Positions 12,308 to 24,980 of a DNA stretch of 64,000 nucleotides are shown piece after piece (positions within the stretch are counted from its first letter, which is position 1; every line of letters begins with the position of its first letter). The DNA is from Vicugna vicugna. Taxonomy: Eukaryota. The stretch lies in contig MU057801.1 in NCBI GenBank assembly GCA_013265495.1, positions 124,001 to 188,000 of the forward strand, read 5' to 3'. Under the pieces are notes generated by a model that did no database searches, was not told the DNA's origin, and worked only from the letters and a program-made list of their open reading frames with translations. The position numbers and the translations under genes are program-made.

Positions 12308-15300
12308 GATGACTGATGTTCTTCAGTGGGAATGTATTCATGTACTACGTTTGTAATTATAATTAAATTTCAAAAATATAAATGCAGACACCCTCGGGAG
12401 ACATAACACACACAGTCCGAAAACAAAGAAGGCGGCAGGGTTGGGAGATGTTCCAGCATCATTCCCCCGCTCTCCTCTGCAGGCGAAGGGAAGAAGCCTG
12501 CGTTACTTTTTGCCTCCATGGTGATGCGTCCTGGGGGCAAAGATCCTTTGAAAGCTTGTACGAAGCCGTAATTTCCCAAACCGCTGTAGGAATGCCCTAA
12601 CACCAGGTCTGCCCGCCAGACCAGGAGGCTTCTCCTGCTCAGCAGAAGCAGGCAGGAAAGACTGATCTGGGTCAGTGGTTTTTCCTGACCTGGAGGTAGA
12701 TCTAATCCCACAGAGCCGATGAGATTGTAAAGGCCCGTCAGGTGCCAAGGCCAGGGTGATGCACTTGGGCAGCAGAAATTCCACAGCGAGAGCCCTTGAC
12801 TTTCCCCACACCCTGGGTCTCAGGTCTTCCTTCATCTGTCAGTAGCACATCCTTTTCAGAGCCGCTGATAACATTCCTGAGTCCGACCTGGAATGTGAAG
12901 GGCGCTGTATCAGAACTTGCTCCATAAACACTTTCTCTGTTTATTTTTACTTGACCTTCAAGGGGAGGTTTCTCCTTTTATCTAACCCTAAAGGAAAGAA
13001 AACAGGATTTGGAGTCCCTTCCCTGTGGCCTCCCTCCAGCCTGCCCAGCTCGCTGCACGGCAGACAACAGCTTCTCTCCCCTCGGGGAAAGTGGGCCCTC
13101 GGAGGGCAGATCTGGAGATGAGCGGCCTCTGGGCAGGCCGGTGGGAGGAGGTGGAGTCCAAGGACTCTGCCTTCTGAAGACCCGGTCTGCGCCGGAGACG
13201 ACAGGGACTCTCTGCAGGCGGAGAGGCCTGCGAGTCCGTCTGAAATGTCTTTCCGCTTCATCAGCTCTCTGCTTCACAGCAGATCAGCATTAATATAAAG
13301 AGAGAATTGAACGAGGAGGAGAATTCGGGAGCATTTAGGTGCGCACTGCAAAGTGTTTTAGTCCCCTCGCCCTGTTTAGTCATCCAGCCCCTCCCCCGGC
13401 ATCAGCCAAGGGTGAGTAGGCCCAGGCGAGTTCGGGACTCCGCTGACAGGGGGCCGAGACGGGGTCTGAAGGCGGCTCTTTCTGAGCCCGTGCTGGCCGG
13501 CTCACCACCACTCTGTGCTGCCAGACCACCGGGTAACTGAGGCAGGCTGGCCGCCTCCCAGGGGTACCAGCCTGCTGCTTGAACGGTGGCCCCGAAAGTG
13601 TGGTTCCCGCTGATGGGAGGTTACCCAGGATGCTTTCAGAAAGCTGCAAACCGGTGTGGCCCCCGAGCCAGCCTGGAGCCTGACAGGTCCAGCCTTGCCT
13701 GGGCTGAGCCCTGGGTGTGACATCAAATGGTGGGAAACAACCTGGGACTTCCCGAATCTTCCCCTGCCCTTGGGCTGGCTGCCAGCTAGCGCGAGCATCA
13801 CTGGCACTTCCTGCGCTTGGTTTTGGAGCCCTAGGGCACTGGGTTTCTGAGTAGAAAGAGGCAGAGACCCAAAGACCCAGCCCCTGGCCGGCCTCTCCCC
13901 TGTGTGCTGGTCACCAGGGCGCCCCCTCCCCGGCCCTGTCCCCCTGTAGCAGCTGCACAAGTGCCCATCCTGCCAGCAGCCCTCTCTCCCTGCTTCAGAA
14001 GGTTGCACACCACCCTGACAAACACAGCCGTGTCCTGGCTTTATCAGGGCCCTGACCTTGTCACTGCTTGTGGAGTTTCTTGGAGAGGACACGGAAGCTG
14101 TGTTTGGGGTATCAGAATTCCTGTCTCACCAGCTCAGGGCCCTGGGCCCTGGTGCCCCATCTCATGCACCGACTCACCGAATAACAGCCGCTCGGCTCTG
14201 TGCCACCTCCCAGGTGTTCGCGCCGGTCCCTGTCCCGGGCAGCCAGGCGGGGCTGTGAGAAGCCGGGCTGGCCCACCAGCTTGGCAGCTGCGTAGGCAGC
14301 CCCTTCCCCTGTAGGAATTCTGGACGGGGAGCCGGCTGTGCTGGGGTCTCAGGCTGTGTAAGTGGATTTGGAGAACCTTCGGTTAAGCCGCATGAACTTT
14401 GATGAAGCCTTACATTGAGATCACCGTTGGCTTTAACGTGGGAAAACGTTGAAACTTAGGGTAAAACTGGTCCCTGTTGGTGGGTGGTAAGTTCTCTCTG
14501 TTGACCCTCAAAGAATGAAATCTGGAAGAGAGGAGAGTGTAAGGGATGAGGTCAAACGGCTCCAGGAATTAACACCAAACACACCTGGGTCTGGGGACCC
14601 TGGGGGAGCGGCTCAAATCCTGTCTGTGAGGCCTGGGCTGACCTCAGGGAGGAGCAGATAACTGGCTGTTGGGGGAGCCTGTGGGGCAGGTAAACAGATC
14701 ATTCAGAGCCCAGCCCGGCCTGGCTCTGGAACGCTACCCCTGGGCCACTTGTCAGATGGAGGTGTCAGGGCAGAAAGGGGGGGAGGGGGCTGAAGACCCC
14801 CCATGCGGCGGGAAGAGTCTCATTGCCATCAGCCAGGTGCAGCCTCTGTCCCCGTCCTCCTGCAGGTCTGGGGGTCTCTGTGCCTCCCTTCTGCTCTGCA
14901 GGTAAGTGGTGATCCCCTCAATCTGAGTGAGAACCGTAGTGTGGAGCGTGCGTTTCGGGACGAAGCAGTTGGGCTGGAGGGGGCCAGCTGCTGCCTCTAG
15001 GGAAAGGCACTGGGGATTTCTGCATTCAGGTCGCCTGGAGGCTGTGAAGGTGACGGAGGGTGGGGAGGACGCAGGGGCGGGGGCGGGACTCTTCTCCTGG
15101 GTTTGCCTGAGGCAGCTGCCCCTCCCTCCGGCAGGCCTCTCTGCTCCCCTGTGGGCTGTGTGTGGCTTTCCTGCCTGGGACCAGCCACCGCCCAGAGTGG
15201 GAGGGGGCCTCTGCCCAGACTCCCAGACTCCTCCGCTCACCCCACGCCCTCCTCCCATTTTCATGCACATCTACCTTTTTTCTTATTTCCCGATAATTTT

Positions 15301-15445
15301 GATTATGAAGTCTCTTAAACATACGGAAAATCACACATAATATGAACACAGGCATCACCAGCCCCGTCAGACCTTCTCGCCTTGCCGCTTCACTTTGAGA
15401 AATGAGATGTCGCGGGGGGTGAGCTCCTCCACCTGTGAGCACCTC

Positions 15446-15908
15446 TGTCCACTGAAAACGCACAGCCTGGAAGCTGAGACTTGGGTTTTATCTGGGGGAC
15501 TTTCTGAGGACTTGAGCCCGGGAGGTGGTCCCTCAGATCTCTCAGGGACGCCCTGGAGCGGTCAGGGAGGAGCCAGTATATGTGGGAGTTTTTGCAGCAA
15601 AGACCAGGTAGTTGGAACATCAGGAGATGACCGTTAATTAAAGAGAGCCAGACATCTCAAGGAATTTAGCGCTTTTCCATGTCTGGGAAGGTGCAAAGGT
15701 GAACTCATTCCTTTGATGTGCACCTAGCTCTCGAGGGCCAGTGTCCTGTTCTTCCCCACCGCTGAGGGGACAGCAGAGCCGGGGCTGCCTGCTTGTCTCC
15801 ATCCTGAGTTCCCTCCGCTCACTGTCGGGGGTGGCAACAGTGGCTGATGACTTGCTGGCCGCAGCATTCTTTGTTTACTGATGTGGCCAGCGATATTTCC
15901 CACTCACA
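15446..15908 (-). mobile_element. ERV1 solo LTR, MER41-like family (copy 2)
   Basis: TG...CA ends; shares blocks with the other two copies (aaagaccaggtagttggaacat, tgtttactgat); TSD not clear. Confidence 0.75.
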
Positions 15909-16096
15909 GCGCCATCCATTTCTCTTCTCTTGTAGAAGATTAGGGTTAAAACCCTGTACTGCATTTTGGAGTAGTCTTTATGTGTATGTCTACAACCATG
16001 AAATAGGACAATTTTGCATGGTTTTAAACTTTACATACTGAATGTAACCCTTTTCAACTTTTTTTTTTGCTTTTCGGAAAACTTATTTGCATTTTT

Positions 16097-16532
16097 TAAA
16101 CTTTTTTTTATTGAGTTATAGTCATTTTACAATGTGGTGTCAAATTCCAGCGTAGAGCACAATTTTTCAGTAATGAACATACTTCATTGTCACATTCTCT
16201 TTCACTGTGAGCCACCACAAGATCCTGTATATATTTCCGTGCTGCACAGTACAATCTTGTTTATCTATTCTACATTTTGAAATCCCAGTCCCTTCCCACC
16301 CACTGTCCCCCTGGCAACCGCAAGTTTGTATTCTGTGTCTATGAGTCTGTTTCTGTTCTGTATTTGTTTGTTTGTTTGTTTATTTAGATTCTGTATATGA
16401 GCGATCTCATATGGTATTTTTCTTTCTCTTTCTGGCTTACTTCACTTAGAACGACATTCTCCAGGAGCATCCATGTTGCTGCAAATGGTGTTATGTTGTC
16501 GGTTTTTATGGCTGAGTAGTATTCCATTGTAG
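16097..16532 (-). mobile_element. 5'-truncated L1 3' end with TSD
   Basis: Antisense L1 3'UTR; 11-bp TSD TTTGCATTTTT at 16086-16096 and 16533-16543. Confidence 0.85.
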
Positions 16533-16544
16533 TTTGCATTTTTA

Positions 16545-16960
16545 TGTCCCTGTAGTATGTGTGGATGCATATCTCTCTGCTTCATTCATTTTTAGCTGCT
16601 CGGTAGTATTCTGTACGTCCATTTATCCATTCTCCCACTGATGGCTTTTTAGGTGCTTATAATTTGGTTTCTTTGTTTTTTATTTTTGGGTTTTTTTGTT
16701 TTTGTTTTATCATTTTGTTTTCTCACAAATGGTGGTGCAGCAAATATTCTTGTAAAGGTCTCTGACTCCACGTGTGAGATTCCCTCGTGTGTGCATGTGT
16801 AGGAGGTCTGTGTCTCTTCAGCTCTGCGAAACACTGCAAATTGCCCTCCAGAGCAGCTCCGTGGACACTTCTCCAGCAGCGTGTGAAGGCTCCTGTTTTT
16901 CCATATCCTCGAATATTTGGCATCGTCAGACTTAAATTTTTGCCCTTGGAAGGTGTATAA
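16545..16960 (-). mobile_element. Old L1 (L1ME-like) fragment
   Basis: atttatccattctcccactgatgg...actgcaaattgccctccagagc...cagacttaaatttttgcc; ORF 16649..17017 is degenerate L1 ORF2-like. Confidence 0.65.
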
Positions 16961-17320
16961 AAGGAGATCTCCTGACCACTTTCTCTCCGAAGGCCCCAGG
17001 GCTTTTAGAAACTCCACCTACAGCCTGTACCCCAGTCACACATGAAGGGGATGGACTTGGCCGGCCTCCCTTCTGACCTCGGTCTTGGGAGGGCACAGAG
17101 CTATTTGGGGGGCCTCTTTTCTGCACACCCCCCCCTTAGGTAATCTCTCCTTGTCACAAGACTTTGAACTACTAACACCTATGCCAGTAACTTCAATTTG
17201 CTCTACCCTTGATTTCCAAAGCTGCTTAACAAATTTAACTGGTGGCCAGTGAGCGGCTCAGTTAAAATTTCACCCGCCCAACGTCAGTCCTTCTCCATGT
17301 TGTCCCAGCTCAGTCAAGGG

Positions 17321-17875
17321 TGTTGCTGGCCATTAGGTTCTTATCTCATTGAAGAAAGAATTCAGAGATGAGACGTGGAGGTTAAGAAGGTAAAGTGGGG
17401 ATTCAATAAGGGACAGACAGTGCGCTCTCAAGGGGGGCAGGCTCAGGCGAGCATCTGCGCTGTTTCCTTGGCGAGTTGGTTACGCAGGGCGTACAGTTGA
17501 GTGGGCAGAATATTCACTGGGGAGGGAGGAGCTTGGGGGCCTAGCCCCTGATTCCCATCCCGAGGGGAGGAGGGATTTTTGTCCTCATTTATTCTGGGTT
17601 GGAAGTGTCTTGGCATCGGTGCATGATGGGTACTTCTAATCTGCAAGGCTAATTTTATTGTAATGAAGGCATAATGAGCAAAAGGCTACATTCAGACACT
17701 GGAGATTCCTGCCTTTTCTTAACTTTCTTTGTCGACCTCCAAGACACTTGTCAACCGAAACTGTGATTTCTTATCAGTCCGGAGGTTCCTGCTTTTCTGC
17801 CTGCCCGAGGATCCCCATTGTTCACAAGATGTGTGGTTTCCTGCCATCTGGCCTGTGCCCCCCTTTCTCTGCTCA
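17321..17875 (-). mobile_element. ERV solo LTR inserted in an L2 relic
   Basis: TGTTG...GCTCA termini, aagaaagaattcagagatgagac motif typical of reverse-oriented ERV1 LTRs; L2-like sequence on both sides. Confidence 0.65.
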
Positions 17876-17879
17876 GGTC

Positions 17880-18392
17880 TAGTCTCTACCAGCTCTAACA
17901 AGGGCACTGCCATCTCTCTAATCACTCAAGGCAAAAACTTAGGAGTCGCCCTTGATTCTTGTCTTCCCTCTACCCCACATTCAATGCATTTATCCGTGTC
18001 TATCAATTTCTGTGTCAAATTGTTCCTGGGTTTCCTCCTTCTTTCTAATTCCACTGCTGCCACCTTGATCCAAGCCACCATCACCTCCTACCTGAACCAT
18101 TGCAGTTGCCCCCTAACTAGTCTTGCTGCCCCTCCTTACAAAGCACCTCTAGCCAGCAGCCAAGAGGATCTCTTTAGGACATCTGTCTTGACCATCCCAC
18201 CATAGCTAGGGTGGCCCCTTAGCTGCTCCCTACGGCATCACCCTATTCTCTTTTCTTTCTAGAACTTCTTGATCCTCTGTGCTGTGGTCTGTTGCACCAG
18301 CATATCACCTCCATGAGAATCGTCAGCTTTATTCTACATTTGTAATGCCTGGCCTGCAGCGGATGGCCGTGAAGTTCAGAATGAATGAATGA
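17880..18392 (+). mobile_element. L2 fragment with (GAAT)n terminus
   Basis: ccactgctgccaccttgatccaagccaccatcacctc...gaatgaatgaatga. Confidence 0.7.
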
Positions 18393-19482
18393 CTAGGTGG
18401 AGGGGTCCACATTGGGAACAGCTTAGAGGCTCAGATGAAGTTTCTCCCAGAGTCTGGGTGGGATAAAAGCTGCCTGAGGCAAGAAGACACCTGTCTTTAG
18501 CGAGAACAGTGATTGTCCAGCATTTTATTCCCAGGACCTCTTCACACAGAAATTACGGAGGACTCACCCAAGAGCCTGTGTTCACGTGGATTCCATCTGC
18601 GGGTATCTGCTGTACTAGAAAGTAAATGAAGGAGAATCTTAAAATATTTAAGACAATAATCGGATTACACATTGATATAAATAACATTTATATGAAAAAT
18701 AACTACATTTAAAAAAATTAATGAGCGGTGACACCTTGAGAACAGCTGTTCCACACTCACGATGCCTGATTGGCACCACTAAAAATTCTGTTGAGTGGGT
18801 GACTAGAGAGCTCAAGAACTCAGACCAAACTGGAGAGTCAGATGGAGCCTCTTACAGGCGTGTGAATGGGGAGTGCCAGGCCACACAAGCCTTCTCTGAG
18901 AAGAGGACGCATTTCCCCACTAACTCCCTCTGTGGCTACCCTGCCCACCCACTCACCCCCTCCCAGCCCCATGCAGCCCTCTCTCTTTCCCCTGTCTTCT
19001 CATTAAAAAAAAGAAAAAAAGCAAAGAATAAGATGAGAAATAAATTTAAGGTCATGGAAAAATGCTTTGCAAACTGCATGTATCTTTGAAATACGCTGAT
19101 TTCTGTAGGCAGAATAAGGATGGCGCACGCTTTCATCCGGGGTGTCCCTTCTGAGTCGTCACTTTGACAAGATGAGTGTTGAGGTCTGGTTTTGCTGGAT
19201 TTGTTTATTCTACTTTGCGTTCATGTTAAGAAACCAAACTGAGTGTCATGCTCTTTTCCTTCGGGCGATACCGAAACCTAAATTCTTCCTCTTTCTAAGA
19301 AGCTGCTCCCTTCCTCTCTCTCTTTTTTTCCCCTCTGGGTAAAGGAAGTGCAGAGCCAGGATTTAAAAAAAAAAAAAAAAGGTGGTCATCTCTGTGCTCC
19401 TATTAAAGTGGCCAAAACTCCCCAGCCTCTGGTCACGCCCCCTTCCACTTTCTGACGTCACACTATTTTTGTCTCTGAACAG

Positions 19483-19583
19483 CTCATTGACACGATTGCC
19501 TCGGAGATCGGAGAACTGAAACAGGAGATGGTGCAGACAGATGTCAGCCTGGAGAATGGCCTGGGACCCAGCGAAACCCACAG
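19483..19583 (+). CDS. RIN2: RIN2 internal coding exon A (101 nt, phase 0->2): LIDTIASEIGELKQEMVQTDVSLENGLGPSETH(S)
   Basis: Translation matches the recalled mammalian RIN2 N-terminus (...FFK|LIDTIASEIGELKQEMV...). Acceptor tttttgtctctgaacAG at 19481-19482, donor AG|GTGACA at 19584; phase joins exon B. Confidence 0.95.
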
Positions 19584-22379
19584 GTGACAGGCGCTCCGGC
19601 GTCGGGCGCGCGGCGGGGGCGACGTGAACCCTGTTAGCGACGAGGACCGCAGGTTGGGGAGCTGGGGGCGTGGTGGCCGCCCAGAAGCAGCTCCCTGGAG
19701 GAGGTGGGAGTGGCCTAGGAACCAGTTGTCTGCTGGTTCTCCTTGATCCCTCAGAAGGCACTTGAACTTTGCGCCCTCTCAATTCCTCCTGGCACCAGAA
19801 CCCGGAAACCTAAAGTTCTGTCTGCCACATCCTCCTGCTCATGGTGATGGAAACAGTAACGCAGTGAGATTCTCCGTGTGCAAAACAGAATTCAGTGTAG
19901 CCTGTGTCAGTCTCCAGAAGGTGTAAAGGGAGCGCTTAAGAGGATGGACTCATTTTGCATTCTCAGGTCAGAAAAAAACCCCAGCAAACACGAGGGCTCT
20001 GAGCCGGCAATGTGAGCCGGCGTCTTGGAGACGGGATGTGCTTACAAACGATTAAGAGAGGGGAGGCGGCATCCGTACGGTTAGACCTGTCACGTGCACC
20101 TGCTGCGCCTGGTCTATGTAGGCGGTAAGGGACTGGCTTTTTCTGGAGCGTGGGGGTGCAGAGGCCAGGACGGGGGGCAGCCTGGAGGAGACTGCCAAAA
20201 CTGCTTCCAGCTCTTGGAGGCTCTGGTTCATTGCTGGCAAGGACAGCAGAGCAGAAGCGCTACCCAGGGGCATGGGCACTCAGTGCCTCGGAGGCCAGAG
20301 TCATGACGAGCTTCCCCCTTTTCTCGGGAAATGGGGTTAGGGTTGCCTGCTGCAGCGCGAGGCTGAGATTGACGGAGTGGGTTTTGCTTGCAAGTCACGG
20401 GGCGGGCAGGAGGAGTCCTGCAGAGGCAGGTGCTTCTGGGTGTCTGGGCAAGTTTCAAACCAGCCTGACTTGTTCCCTGCCCTGGACTGAGGGGAGAGCC
20501 GGCAGCCCCAGGGAGGGACCCTGCGGCCGGAAGATGGTGCTCCCGTGCCCTGCGTTGGGGAGGAACCGTATTCCCCCTTAGCCGTGGAAGTTCTCCGTGC
20601 CTTCTGTTTTCTTTTCTTCTCTGCACAATGACGGGGGCAGACCAGATGGGCCGCCGCTCCGGGCATTCTCTGATTCTCCTTGACTTCAGTGTGAATGGCT
20701 TTGATATTTCTTCCCCCATAAACGAGCCCAGTGCATGTTGGTTTCTGATTAGAGATTTTCGGCCCCATATTCGAAGTAGCTCCAAATGTGCTGTAACTTT
20801 ACCCAGGGGGTTCACCTCACCCTTAACATCTCTCTGAAGCTTTTCAAATTTAAGAATGACTGCAAGCATTCCAAGATAACTTTTTTTTCAAATTGATGTC
20901 CCTTATTCTTGAATGTTGTGTTGGTTGGCACTGAATTCATGAATTTCACAAGGCGTTTTACTTGTTTGTTTTTTTAATGGGGAAGAGAGAAGGCAAGATT
21001 ATCTTTGTTGGCTGTATGTTCACCACATGCGGCCACTGTGCTAAGTGCAGTACAGCTGCCAACTCGCCGAAGCCCCGGCGTGACCCTCGTCCTGCTGACG
21101 TGGGACCCGAGTGACTCGGGGAAGGGCCGGCTGAGGACCCTGTGGCTTGTGTGCTCGGGTCGCTCGTTGATTTTTCAGGAGCATGGAGCAGTGCCTGTGT
21201 TTTCAGTCCTCCGCTGGGCCCAGCGGAGAGGTCAGGATGGCCAGATAATGGAGAGGCAGGGTGAGGGGGACGTTAAGTTGTTTCCAGAGTGAAGGCAGCG
21301 CAGAGCAGAGCTGTGGTTCCCGGGGCGGCAGGTCAGCCTGGCCCAGAGCAGCCCGAAGGGCAGGCGAGAGGAAGAGCAGGCATGGGCGCAGCAGAGAGGC
21401 AGCAGGCGCCCCCCTCCCCGCACTCACCCCCGCCTGGTGGCCACACAGACGTGTCAAAGTTGCCTTCCTTTGTGGCATCACCCTCGGCGAGTGTGGGCTG
21501 TGAGCTGACCTCACCTGCCCCAGCCGCAGCCACCAGGAAGCGCCTGGGGTCTGCAGTTTGTTGAATGCAACGAGGCTGAGTGCCAAGCTGGCACGCTCGG
21601 CTAGGATGCAATCCTGCGGTGGCTTTCAGTTGCCCCTTTGGGGCTAGTAATGAGGTGAGGTTGAGCTCTTCAGCCTCTTCTTGTGTCACGGACCCCTTCT
21701 TAGGCTAATATTTTCAAGGCAGAAAATAAACTATGTAGGGTGACAGGGAAAATAATTACATCAAGATAACAGTGACCAGGGTGTTTTAACGTGTGATTTC
21801 ATAGCATACGGACTTCTTTTCTGACACATTAAAAAGCAAGGTCAGGCTGTGGGTCTAGGCACGTCCGTCACCTGGAAGCAGAGATGAGCAAACGAGACTT
21901 CTGCACCAACAGTGAAAGTATGTGGGGCTGCTGGTGGAGGGGTCTCCGAGACCGAGAACTCCTGAGACTTGTTGCCTGCGTTGAAAACGGGAGGAAGTTA
22001 ATTTCAAAACCAGGTTAATGAAAGTTAAAAAGATGTCCCTTTTTGCCATCCAGTGGTCCACTCCCACCTCCTGTCCCTTCCAGGGACACTTGTGACCTTC
22101 AGGGACACGGTGTCTCTTGTTTGCTTTCACCTCACCTGCTGCTGCTCCTAGTGTCCCGGCGGGTTCCTGCTCGTCTCCCTGACCTCCTAGCCCGGAGTAC
22201 CCAGAGCACTCCGCACTCTCCCCTCTTCTCTCGCAAGTAAGTGCCTCAGTGTCCACATCCATAAAATGGGGCTAGCAGCGGAGCTGTACCTCTGAGTTGT
22301 CAGGACGGTTGGGTCAGTAGCTGTGAGTGACTTGGTGCAGGCTTGCACGGGGTAGGCACGAGGTACCGTTCACGGAGAG

Positions 22380-23300
22380 ATCTCTGGAGTAATTTTGGGT
22401 GTGAGCCCATCCAGGCTGGTGGCTTTGATACCATCTGTGTGCCGGTGTTTCCCAACTTGCATCCACCCCGAGGCTGGTCCTCTCCTGGAATCCAGATGTT
22501 TGCATCCAGCTGCCCGCTCAGCCTGACCTTTGGTATCTCAGCCTTACAGAGACCCAGGCTGAGCTCTTGGCTCCCCTTCACAACGCTGCCCCTTCCCTGG
22601 TCTTCCCCGTCCAGGTGCCTCGTGTCAGCCCTGATCCCTCTTCTCTCATCACCGCCTTCCCCTCCATCTCCAAATCCAGGCAGCTCAGCCTTCGCGATGG
22701 ATCGGGATCAGACCCCTCCTCACCAGCCCTGCAGGGGACCCCTGCCTGGTGCCCCGATCTCACCCCCACCGGCCACCTTCTCCGGGCTGTTATCTAAGCA
22801 GCATAGAGGGTGGTGTGACTTTAGTTCATCTGAATCCAAGTCAGGTCACTCCTGTTCACAGCCCATCCGTGGTTTTCCATTGAAAACCAAAGTCCTCACC
22901 ATGGCCTTCAGCTCAGACTCAAGAGGAGAGGATTATATAAACACATGAATGGTTGGAAACAGATATCATTGACTGCTACCATGAGGGCTGACTTGCCAAA
23001 CAGGCTCCTACCTCCTGAACTGTGTACGTCCAGTTCCCTCTGCCTGGAATGTCCTTCCTCTGGGGAGCTCCGGACCCTCCTGTCTTCTGTCACCTTAGCT
23101 GCTTTATTGTCATTTGTAGAACTTGTGCATCTCCGACGGGGAGTCCCTTGCTTCGTTACGCATCTCCTCCTCCCAGCACTGCGGAGAAGCAGGAGGAGGG
23201 CAGGGGTCTGGCCCGTGCGCAGGGCTGTCTCGCCAGTGCCTGCAGTAGTGTCTGGCATGTAGCGGACACTCGGGAAATGTCTGCTGAATGGACGGATGAA
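22380..23300 (+). mobile_element. L2 fragments (preceded by a MIR piece at about 22235-22350)
   Basis: aaaccaaagtcctcaccatggcc, gttccctctgcctggaatgtcctt, agtgtctggcatgtagcggacactcgggaaatgtctgctgaatgga. Confidence 0.65.
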
Positions 23301-23879
23301 AGAAGCCAGCCCCTTGGAGATTCTGAAAGTACCCAGGCCTCAGAAGCCTCTTGCAGAAACAAGATGTCACCAATGTAAAGCAATTAGGGGACCCCAGCCC
23401 GTGTGTAAAAAAATAGAAAGTTGAAAATGTGTGATAGGCGTTAAGCTCCCTCCCTAGCAAAGCAGAGGGACCAGGGCCCCTTCCTCTGTCCCCGCCTTGG
23501 AGCCCATCAGTTCTGGGTCTCGGGCTCTTGTAAACGTTTGCCCCACGTCCTCTGCTAGTGCTTCACCAAAGAAGCTGGGGAGTCAGGGGAAAGATGTCGG
23601 GTTTCTTGTGGCTGCTCTCTCCAGATGTGGCCGCTTCCTGTCTCGCCCCAGCTCTCCCCGCCGAGGACTGGAGCACAGAAAATCAGGGGCCCTGCTCTCC
23701 CCCCCACCCCCGGCAGTGTCACAGTCCATTTCCTGCTAGGGGAGGTGTCCCTGAGCAGGCACACCACCACCGGCGCTCCACTCTCTTCACCCCCTGGACC
23801 CCTCAGCACCTCTAGGCTGAGGCATGTCTCTAAAGGTTCCTTCGTCCTCCGGTAGAGCCGTGGGGTCAGTCAGAACTTG

Positions 23880-24560
23880 GTGAAATGAGGCTCGGGCTGG
23901 GCGGCAGGTGCCGGGACCCTGGCTGGGCCGGGTCGCCCAAGGCCGCTGCCGCGCCCTCCACTCTTTCCCTCCTTAGCCTCCTCCTCTCCTGCCGAGGCCT
24001 CTCTGGGACCCCGCAGCCCACGGGGACGGCCGGGGGTGTCCGGGGTCCTGAAACCCCGCCCCCACTCCACAGGTTCAGACACACAGAATTCAGACATCCC
24101 TTAGCCAGCCCTGCCCAGTGCCACAGGGTGGCTGCCAGTCCCCACGCTTGGCCTCTTCTGGAAGTTTCCCCAGGGATGCTGCAGGCTTCCCCCAGCTACG
24201 CCACAGCACTGGGGTCAAAACCACAGGCAGCTCCGCTGCCCCGCCCCGGGACAGCCCTCCACCTCTTCACTTGGCTGGCGGCTGGAGCACAGGGTCGAAG
24301 GAGGAGCGCGGTGGCGCACAGTCCGGGGAGGAGTCGCACGGCCGGGGTCACGTTCAGCCGTCCAGCGGGATTCTGAATAAAACCCCTTCGCACTTTGTGC
24401 TGCATTTCAGGGGGAAAAAAAAACCAGCGCGGTGAAGCATGACGGAAAAAAAGCACACACATGGGTTTGCAGTTAGATGAACTGTCGCGAAGTAAGCACA
24501 CCCACGGCAGCACCAGGCCGAGACTCGGCGCGTCTCGCGCCGCCGGGGGTGCCCACTCTC
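23880..24560. promoter_or_regulatory. Intronic GC/CpG-rich patch with GC boxes
   Basis: Dense CpGs by eye; CCCCGCCCCC near 24053-24063; function unknown. Confidence 0.35.
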
Positions 24561-24980
24561 CTGACCTCTGTGGCCATAGGGTAGTTCCTCCTGTCTGTGG
24601 ACTTCCTCTGACGGGAATCAGGCAGCATGCACTCCCTCTTGTGACTGCAGCACACACTCGGGTGTCCCTTCGACTGTCGAGGGGCGTTTGAGCTGTTCCC
24701 AGTTTGGGGCTATTCTGAACAATGGTGCTGTGAACATTCCTGTGCATGTCGTCCAGGGAGCACGTGGTGACATGCTTCAGTTAGGAATGTGGAGCGAATC
24801 GTTGGGTTGGAGCGTGGTGATATAGTCAACATTAGTAAATGGTGCCCGCAAGTTTTCCAAAGCTGTTCTATCAACCCGCATTCCCACCAACGGTGTGTGA
24901 GAGTTCTGAACGCTCTGTCCTCAGCTGCACTTGCTACTGGCTATTCTTGCAATGTAGCCATTTGGATGGATGTGTGGGTG
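24430..24980 (-). mobile_element. Old L1 (L1ME-like) fragment, GC-shifted
   Basis: tgttcccagtttggggctattctgaacaatggtgctgtgaacattc...cattcccaccaacggtgtgtgagagttc. Confidence 0.7.

Noticed and set aside
1..19482. RIN2 start-codon exon (MTAWTMGARGLDKRGSFFK-like)
   Set aside because: No matching sequence found by eye; it probably lies upstream of the window.
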